DNA of 45,294 nucleotides from an uncultured Gammaproteobacteria bacterium (GCA_964386875.1 CAYLUK010000001.1:1-45294); one strand, 5' to 3'. Numbered from the stretch's first letter, positions 26,200-32,147 are shown. Translations and numbers: made by a program. Notes: generated by a model not told the origin, from the letters alone.

Positions 26200-27639
26200 A
26201 TGAATAAGTATGGATTGTTGATTGGAATGTGTGTATTAGTAGCGGGTCTAACCGGCTGTCCCGAAGGGACGCCGGTGCCGTCGGCAACATTTGAAATCGT
26301 TGACGGCGACTTGTGGCTGAATGTGTATGTCGGCCACACCCCGCTCCAGCGGGTGTTCTATGGCGTGCCATGGGACTTCCGCGAAAAGCGCGAGGAGTTT
26401 CGCCTCGGCCCGATTATGTGGTACGATGATGATGAAATTCCCGGTTTTGTGAACACCGAACCGCTTAGACGCGGTGACACGATGAGCTTCAACCTCGGCG
26501 CGACTACTCCTGACCGGGTTGAGTCACTTCGAGTGACATTGTGTGGAACGTTTAACCGATTGCTTTACGACGATGTATTTCCCAACTGGGGAATCTTGTC
26601 TGATTACCGGGCTCAAAGCTACTTTGAGATTCCGGGCGTCGGTATTTTCAGCTGGGCCAAGATTGGAGAATGGTCGGCCAGCTACAACGGCGTCGCCCTA
26701 GGCGAAGCAGTTGATGCCAGTGGCAATGGACTCGGCTACTGGCAGATTGATCTGCCTCAAGCGCCACCTCCGCCCCAAACCTTTACCTTGACGACCGGCG
26801 TGGTTGGACAGGGCACGGCAACAGGTGGTGGCGTGTATCCAGCCGGAACCAATGTTGTCATCACAGCGAATCCGGCGATTGATTGGCATTTCGTGCGCTG
26901 GCAAGGCGATATTGTGGGCACGGACAATCCGGCGACCGTCACTATGAACAGTAATGTTCTGGCCACGGCCGTATTTGCCCAAGATACGCCACCTCCACCC
27001 GATAACTACACCTTGACGACTAATGTGGTTGGACAAGGCAGTGTCACCGGCGCCGGCGTTTACAACAGCGGAGCTATCGCAACGCTCACAGCGAATCCGG
27101 CGATTGGTTGGCGTTTTGCCGGCTGGACTGGCGATCTAGCTGGATTGCAAAATCCGGCCAATGTCACAATGAACACCAACAAGGGTGTCACGGCGACGTT
27201 TGAACAGATCCCGGAGCCACACACAGACGCGATGGTTGTGTTCACTACGGCTGACAGTGATTCGGTCCAGATGACAATTCTTCCCGGTCAAGAAGACCTG
27301 GGGGGCATCATCTCGCCGGCATCAAACTTGCCGAGTGGAGCAACTTTCGCGGATGTAGCGAGAGTTGGTATCCAATGGATGAGTGTTGGCCACTATCCGT
27401 ACTTCATTCAAGAGGACTATGCCGCGACGATGACAGCATCGGGCTCGCAAATCAAAGCGTTTGGTGCCGACGGCTTTATCCTAAGTAGCCGGCCAAATGA
27501 CTTCAAATGCGTGCCCTATGTGATGGTGACAGGCGATGCCAATACTCGCTACTATGTCAACACCTCAATGGTGCCTGGCAAGTGGGATGGCGTCGCCTTG
27601 ACCCGTCTAATTGACGGGCACAGCTACGACATGAACTAA
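26200..27639 (+). CDS. Lipoprotein with two InlB-B-type (Listeria-Bacteroides) repeats flanked by unknown domains
   Basis: Lipobox LTG|C (residues 17-20). Repeats at about residues 193-335 (TFTLTTGVVGQGTATGGGVY...DWHFVRWQGD...ATAVF; YTLTTNVVGQGSVTGAGVY...GWRFAGWTGD...TATF). AAGGAGA SD. GC-rich after codon ~18. Confidence 0.8.
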   Translation: MNKYGLLIGMCVLVAGLTGCPEGTPVPSATFEIVDGDLWLNVYVGHTPLQRVFYGVPWDFREKREEFRLGPIMWYDDDEIPGFVNTEPLRRGDTMSFNLGATTPDRVESLRVTLCGTFNRLLYDDVFPNWGILSDYRAQSYFEIPGVGIFSWAKIGEWSASYNGVALGEAVDASGNGLGYWQIDLPQAPPPPQTFTLTTGVVGQGTATGGGVYPAGTNVVITANPAIDWHFVRWQGDIVGTDNPATVTMNSNVLATAVFAQDTPPPPDNYTLTTNVVGQGSVTGAGVYNSGAIATLTANPAIGWRFAGWTGDLAGLQNPANVTMNTNKGVTATFEQIPEPHTDAMVVFTTADSDSVQMTILPGQEDLGGIISPASNLPSGATFADVARVGIQWMSVGHYPYFIQEDYAATMTASGSQIKAFGADGFILSSRPNDFKCVPYVMVTGDANTRYYVNTSMVPGKWDGVALTRLIDGHSYDMN

Positions 27640-27710
27640 GTCGGATCGGGGCAGTCAGTAATTGCGCTGACTGCTCCGCCTCCCTTACCTCAACCCAGAA
27701 GGAGACAGCT

Positions 27711-27938
27711 ATGTCACCAGAAGAAGGCTTAGCGATATTGCTCTTGATAGGATTAACTTCGGTGCCGATTTTCTTGATTGGCGGCCGATTTATCCTCGCC
27801 ACGGGCGCGGCAGTTTCCACCGCTATTACCGCGACCAAGCTGGTTGCGGCCGGCACTTTGGCGACCGTCGGCAGTGTCATTCTGCCCATTGGTCAATTTC
27901 TTCAGGATTTTTTTACTTATGTAAAATATCCCCACTAA
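27711..27938 (+). CDS. Small hydrophobic Gly/Ala/Thr-rich membrane ORF (75 aa)
   Basis: AAGGAGACA SD 4 nt upstream. 2-3 predicted TM helices. The last ~14 codons run from GC-rich into AT-rich DNA. Confidence 0.5.
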   Translation: MSPEEGLAILLLIGLTSVPIFLIGGRFILATGAAVSTAITATKLVAAGTLATVGSVILPIGQFLQDFFTYVKYPH

Positions 27939-27974
27939 TTTTATTTTTTTATTTCGTCCATAAATGGACAATTC

Positions 27975-28005
27975 GGACTATCAGATCGCTGGTAGTCCTT
28001 TTTTA
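27975..28005 (+). terminator. Intrinsic terminator ending the first GC-rich block
   Basis: GGACTATCAG-atcg-CTGGTAGTCC followed by TTTTTTATTT. Confidence 0.7.
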
Positions 28006-28097
28006 TTTAAATTTAGCTAATAATATACAAAAATATCTTCAAAATAACGTTATAAATTATGCGTTACACGTGCGGTTATAAACCCACCCCAAATGGC

Positions 28098-28126
28098 TTG
28101 ACAAAACTATTAATCTTTGCTAAAAT
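28098..28126 (+). promoter_or_regulatory. Promoter P2 of the second GC-rich block
   Basis: GGCTTGACA-17 nt (ending TGC)-TAAAAT. About 140-nt leader. Confidence 0.6.
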
Positions 28127-28270
28127 ATGCTGTTAAACATTATTAGCTGATTAAGCTAAAGATGTTTACTGCACGTTAAAAATCAACCTGTAAAACAGGA
28201 GAATTAGATATAGCAACTTAAAAACCACACCCAAACCACCATCCGATTACTCGGAACAAGGAGACAACCA

Positions 28271-29443
28271 ATGGCAATGAGGAAAAGAAGTTCTTCAATT
28301 TTTTATGTAGTGGTACTGATGGTTATTTCTACATCTTTAGGCAATAGCAGTATTATTGCTGCCAAAGATGTTAAACATGAGCAATTCCCAGCAAAATTGT
28401 ATGCGAATGAGGATGTCAACCAAAGCGGATCTGTCGATGCGCTAGACATTCAGATAGTAATCAATGTCGTTCTGGGGCTAGGCTACGACGCGTGCCTGCC
28501 TGATGTTAACCGCAGTGGCGCAGTTGATGCCATTGATATCCAGATGGTGATCAATGCGGTTTTAAGACTACACATCACCTATCCCCCACCCGCCAGCGCC
28601 TACGCAAACTACAACGACGCCTCCGACGAGTTGTGGCTGACGCTTGACTTGGGCGGCGAGACTATGAGTAACGCTTTCATCGGCCTTGATGATGTCGCAG
28701 ACATTACCGAGGTTGGAGTAGCGTCGTGGCTGCCGGAGAAGCAGGCTTGGGATGTCTATTCCACTGCTTCACTCTGGCCTGATGGCTGGCCCGTGGATGT
28801 CCAAGTGGCAAGTTTTCAACCGCCGATCGTGATTCTCAATATTATTGCAATCGGTCCGGTGACTCTTAATCACCCCGACGGCATCTACTGGGGCAACTTG
28901 GACTGGTGGGCATTTTCCTCTAACAAGGAAGTACTGCCAAGGAATCCGGGCGAACCGCAGAAGATTGATTTGGGAGTTGTCTTTGAGCCCGCCAGCGCCT
29001 ACGCAAACTACAACGACGCCTCCGGCGAGTTGTGGCTGACGCTTGACTTGGGCGGCGAGACAGTCCAAAACGCTTTCATCGGCCTTGATGATGTCGCAGA
29101 CATTACCGAGGTTGGAGTAGCGTCGTGGCTGCCGGAGAAGCAGGCTTGGGATGTCTATTCCACTGCTTCACTCTGGCCTGATGGCTGGCCCGTGGATGTC
29201 CAAGTGGCAAGTTTTCAACCGCCGATCGTGATTCTCAATATTATTGCAATCGGTCCGGTGACTCTTAATCACCCCGACGGCATCTACTGGGGCAACTTGG
29301 ACTGGTGGGCATTTTCCTCTAACAAGGAAGTACTGCCAAGGAGTCCCGGTGAGCCCCAGAAAATTAATTTGGGGTTTAACGCTTATCATCTCACCATTGA
29401 AATTATCGGCAATGGCTCAGTGCAAACTAGAGAACTGCCGTAA
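28271..29443 (+). CDS. Secreted protein: signal peptide, two dockerin-type Ca-binding repeats, and a tandemly duplicated 133-aa domain
   Basis: Signal MAMRKRSSSIFYVVVLMVISTSLG. Dockerin repeats DVNQSGSVDALDIQIVINVVLG and DVNRSGAVDAIDIQMVINAVL. Two copies of PASAYANYNDAS.ELWLTLDLGGE... AAGGAGACAA SD. Confidence 0.8.
   Translation: MAMRKRSSSIFYVVVLMVISTSLGNSSIIAAKDVKHEQFPAKLYANEDVNQSGSVDALDIQIVINVVLGLGYDACLPDVNRSGAVDAIDIQMVINAVLRLHITYPPPASAYANYNDASDELWLTLDLGGETMSNAFIGLDDVADITEVGVASWLPEKQAWDVYSTASLWPDGWPVDVQVASFQPPIVILNIIAIGPVTLNHPDGIYWGNLDWWAFSSNKEVLPRNPGEPQKIDLGVVFEPASAYANYNDASGELWLTLDLGGETVQNAFIGLDDVADITEVGVASWLPEKQAWDVYSTASLWPDGWPVDVQVASFQPPIVILNIIAIGPVTLNHPDGIYWGNLDWWAFSSNKEVLPRSPGEPQKINLGFNAYHLTIEIIGNGSVQTRELP
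28589..29386 (+). repeat. In-frame 399-bp tandem duplication (2 copies) inside the dockerin protein gene
   Basis: Copy 1 at 28589-28987, copy 2 at 28988-29386. 274 nt (28670-28943 vs 29069-29342) are identical by hand alignment. Confidence 0.95.
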
Positions 29444-29537
29444 TTTCGCCAAGCAAAAATACTCGGAGTTAGACAGTATGTTTGGCTCCGAGCTAAACTA
29501 CAACAACAGCAAAAAACCAACAAAAAGGAGAAGCAGA

Positions 29538-30734
29538 ATGAACAAGAGCTTGATGATGGTGATTTTGATGGCGCTGGTGTCGGCAATTGCCAGTGCCCAA
29601 GGAACGGTCATTGCAACCGAACGCTACTATGGAGAAGGCGTGGTCGTCAAAGTGGAGGCCGTGCCTGATGCCGGCTGGGTGTTTAGCCACTGGGAAGGCG
29701 CTCTGACTGGCTCAATCAACCCGACGACCATTACCATGAACGCTGATCAAACGGTCCGGGCCGTGTTTATTGAAGAACCGGCTACCACCTTAACAATCAA
29801 TCTTAATGGATATGGCTCGGTAACTCCTAATCCGACCGGTCCTGACTATGTCACCAACACCTTGGTGACGCTCACAGCCACGGCCGATCCTGGCTGGCGC
29901 TTTGACCACTGGGAAGGCGATCTGACCGGCTCAATCAACCCGACGACCATCACTATGGACACGGACAAGACTGTCACGGCCGTATTTGTGGAAATTCCGA
30001 TTGTCAGCTTGACGCTCAACACTATGGGCAGTGGATCTGTCAATCCCAATCCAGCCGGCCCCGATTACTATCAAGGCACTGTCGTGACGGTCACAGCCAC
30101 GGCTGGTATAGGCTGGGCGTTTGACCACTGGGAAGGAGATTTGACTGGGTCAACAAATCCGACGACCGTCGCCATGGACACAAGCAAAACGGCCACGGCT
30201 GTATTTGTGGAAATTCCGGTCAATACTCCGGAGTTTCGCCTGCTAAACAATGGTGGCGCCTTGGATGCCAGTTTCAACGCCAACGGCGTGCCAATCAACA
30301 CTCTCCTCAATGGCGGACTGGCTGCCAATGAAGTAGTGGATCGTCTGGCTATGTGTTTTATGTGGCCAAGCGATGTTCCAAACAATCTGGCCATTGAGCA
30401 TGAACCTCTGCCTGGAGGATTGCCAGCTAACGCTTTCTCGGCAACGGTGAATTTCAACGGCACCAACTGCCTTGATACAAACTATACTGGCGACCGAGAT
30501 TTTCCTTTCGGTGAAGAAGATTCATATTTAGTGTATGGAGTTGTCCGTATCACTAATACGGCCACTGGCAACACTAGGTTTGACTCCATGAACACCGACC
30601 TGATCAACCTCACTTTTGACGGGGTGAGCCAAAATCGGGTTGGCACCAATTTCTTGCTAGTGTTGCGTACCACCTTTGCCCTCACCATTGAGGTAGAAGG
30701 GTCAGGCACAGTCAACACAAATATTGTTCCTTAA
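29538..30734 (+). CDS. Secreted protein with three InlB-B-type repeats and an unknown C-terminal domain
   Basis: Start moved to ATG 29538 (AAGGAGAAG SD; signal MNKSLMMVILMALVSAIASA|QG). Repeats contain GWVFSHWEGALTG, GWRFDHWEGDLTG, GWAFDHWEGDLTG. The track's 29349 start overlaps the upstream gene. Confidence 0.8.
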   Translation: MNKSLMMVILMALVSAIASAQGTVIATERYYGEGVVVKVEAVPDAGWVFSHWEGALTGSINPTTITMNADQTVRAVFIEEPATTLTINLNGYGSVTPNPTGPDYVTNTLVTLTATADPGWRFDHWEGDLTGSINPTTITMDTDKTVTAVFVEIPIVSLTLNTMGSGSVNPNPAGPDYYQGTVVTVTATAGIGWAFDHWEGDLTGSTNPTTVAMDTSKTATAVFVEIPVNTPEFRLLNNGGALDASFNANGVPINTLLNGGLAANEVVDRLAMCFMWPSDVPNNLAIEHEPLPGGLPANAFSATVNFNGTNCLDTNYTGDRDFPFGEEDSYLVYGVVRITNTATGNTRFDSMNTDLINLTFDGVSQNRVGTNFLLVLRTTFALTIEVEGSGTVNTNIVP

Positions 30735-30748
30735 CTCGAGTTTCAATG

Positions 30749-30782
30749 GGCGACAGATAACACATCTGCCGCCTCTTTTTTT
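30749..30782 (+). terminator. Intrinsic terminator ending the second GC-rich block
   Basis: GGCGACAGAT-aacac-ATCTGCCGCC (one mismatch) followed by TCTTTTTTT. Confidence 0.7.
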
Positions 30783-30813
30783 ACCCGATGGAATAAAAAT
30801 TATTCCATCGGGT
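30783..30813. repeat. Perfect 13-bp palindromic hairpin immediately after the terminator T-run
   Basis: ACCCGATGGAATA-aaaat-TATTCCATCGGGT. Confidence 0.9.
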
Positions 30814-30919
30814 GAACCCTTAAATCTATTAATATATTTACCTAAATTTGACTAAACATATAAAAATATCCTCAAAATATTACTCATTACCCATTACTTT
30901 TTCTTTACTTTTTTCTGGC

Positions 30920-30948
30920 TTGACAATTTTTTTCAGATATGGTAAGAT
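30920..30948 (+). promoter_or_regulatory. Promoter P3 (glycosyltransferase gene)
   Basis: GGCTTGACA-17 nt (ending TGG)-TAAGAT, 19 nt upstream of ATG 30968. Confidence 0.6.
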
Positions 30949-30967
30949 GATACATCAATTTAAAAGT

Positions 30968-32119
30968 ATGAAAATAGCGTTTATCGGACAAAAAGGCATC
31001 CCAACCAAGCAGGGCGGGATCGAAAAACACGTTCAAGAGCTTAGTACCAGACTGGCTAAAGCTGATTTTGACGTGACTGTATATTCTAGGCCTTATTATA
31101 CTGGTAGCCACCGAACAAAATACGGCCAAATTAAAATTGTTAATTTGCCATCTTTAAAAACTAAAAATTTTGATGCCATCAGTCACACCTTTTTGGCCAG
31201 TATTCATGCTATTTTCCAAAACTACGACATTATCCATTATCATGGCGTCGGCCCATCATTAATGTCATGGATTCCCAGACTATTCAATCCTTGTGCCAAA
31301 GTAATCGCCACTTTTCATTGTGTTGATCGAAAACATCAAAAGTGGGGACTAATCGCCAGAACTATGCTCGGACTTGGCGAATGGGCCACTTGCCGTTTTC
31401 CCCATGAGACAATCGTCGTATCTGAAACTTTGAAAAAGTATTGTGAATATAGATTTGATCGACAAACCACCTACATCCCCAATGGTGTTCAAATCAATCA
31501 CAGCAAACAAAAAAGTGATATTATTGCTAACTATGGTCTAAAGCAAGACCGGTATTTACTGATAGTTTCTCGACTGGTCAAACATAAAGGAATTCACACT
31601 TTAATTGAAGCGTATCAAAAAACCAAGACCAACCAGAAACTGGTAATCGTTGGTACTGGTTCAAATACCAATAATTATATTGACTACTTGAAAGAACTGG
31701 CTCAAGGCAATGAAAATATTATTTTTACCGGCCAGAAAAGTGGCAATGATCTAGAAACCCTATTTCGTGGCGCCTATGCCTTTGTCCAGCCATCAGAAGC
31801 GGAAGGACTGTCAATCGCCTTACTTGAAGCGATTGCTTATGGCCTGCCAGTGATAATCAGCAACATTGAAGAGAATATTGAAGCGGCTAATGGCTTTGGC
31901 ATTGTATTTGAAAATCGTAACATTAATGACTTAAGTAATAAAATTACTTGGGTAATTAAAAATAAAGCCCTAATTAAGAAGCAAGCACGAGTAGCAAAAA
32001 ATAAAATTAACCAAAAATATAATTGGACTGATATTGCCAGCCAAACCAGCGAACTATACCAAAACATTGTTGCAGAAAACAGAAACAGAAAATATCTGCC
32101 CAAGATTATTTTGAAATAA
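30968..32119 (+). CDS. GT4-family glycosyltransferase
   Basis: Start moved to ATG 30968 (MKIAFIGQKGIPTKQGGIEKHV); the track's upstream extension covers the promoter. E-x7-E motif EAEGLSIALLEAIAYGLPVI. Host-like AT-rich composition. Confidence 0.85.
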   Translation: MKIAFIGQKGIPTKQGGIEKHVQELSTRLAKADFDVTVYSRPYYTGSHRTKYGQIKIVNLPSLKTKNFDAISHTFLASIHAIFQNYDIIHYHGVGPSLMSWIPRLFNPCAKVIATFHCVDRKHQKWGLIARTMLGLGEWATCRFPHETIVVSETLKKYCEYRFDRQTTYIPNGVQINHSKQKSDIIANYGLKQDRYLLIVSRLVKHKGIHTLIEAYQKTKTNQKLVIVGTGSNTNNYIDYLKELAQGNENIIFTGQKSGNDLETLFRGAYAFVQPSEAEGLSIALLEAIAYGLPVIISNIEENIEAANGFGIVFENRNINDLSNKITWVIKNKALIKKQARVAKNKINQKYNWTDIASQTSELYQNIVAENRNRKYLPKIILK

Positions 32120-32147
32120 AATTAGCATCAATAAACAAAATAATTAA

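Larger units (their letters stand above)
26254..30790 (+). other. Two GC-rich compositional blocks (about 26254-27895 and about 28400-30790) separated by an AT-rich promoter spacer
   Basis: Hand counts: lines 26281 and 26341 are 52% and 62% GC. Lines 24001 and 24121 are 40% and 28%. GC3 is 40/53 in ORF1 codons 19-71 versus 17/40 in the first 40 pilB codons. Confidence 0.8.

Noticed and set aside
26698-27036. Antisense or nested ORFs from the six-frame track. Examples: 1143-1355, 3387-3590, 3446-3706, 3986-4243, 4121-4357, 15568-15894, 15752-16156, 19826-20350, 22633-22899, 23565-23924, 24900-25214, 25272-25610, 26162-26371, 26698-27036, 27557-27889, 28769-29068, 29168-29389, 30071-30466, 30482-30718, 31837-32103, 35667-35936, 43483-43827, 43944-44192.
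   Set aside because: All lie inside, and mostly antisense to, ORFs with strong family signatures. They lack SD or promoter signals and have odd composition. Long spurious antisense ORFs are expected in the GC-rich blocks, where stop codons are rare.
27711-27938. The small ORF as a circular or class II bacteriocin precursor.
   Set aside because: The resemblance is only compositional (Gly/Ala/Thr-rich hydrophobic helices, a local AGTL.TV match from memory). There is no basic C-terminal region and no maturation, immunity or ABC export genes nearby.
28589-29386. Diversity-generating retroelement (template/variable repeat pair) as an explanation for the near-identical 399-bp repeats.
   Set aside because: There is no reverse transcriptase in the window. 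The repeats are adjacent and both in-frame coding. Differences are not restricted to adenine positions (for example t/a, g/c and g/a changes in the 9-nt patch).
25846-30967. The GC-rich region as a metagenome mis-assembly (chimeric contig).
   Set aside because: Not fully excluded without reads, but unlikely. Composition alternates AT/GC/AT/GC/AT. The AT-rich spacers carry the same promoter consensus as native genes and a 16-mer identical to the isc intergenic region. Two ORFs change composition internally while staying in frame.
25846-30967. The island as a prophage, integrative element or transposon.
   Set aside because: I found no integrase, transposase, phage structural genes, tRNA target or flanking direct repeats. 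The only boundary features are an inverted repeat at 25923-25977 and a palindrome at 30783-30813, and they are unrelated to each other.
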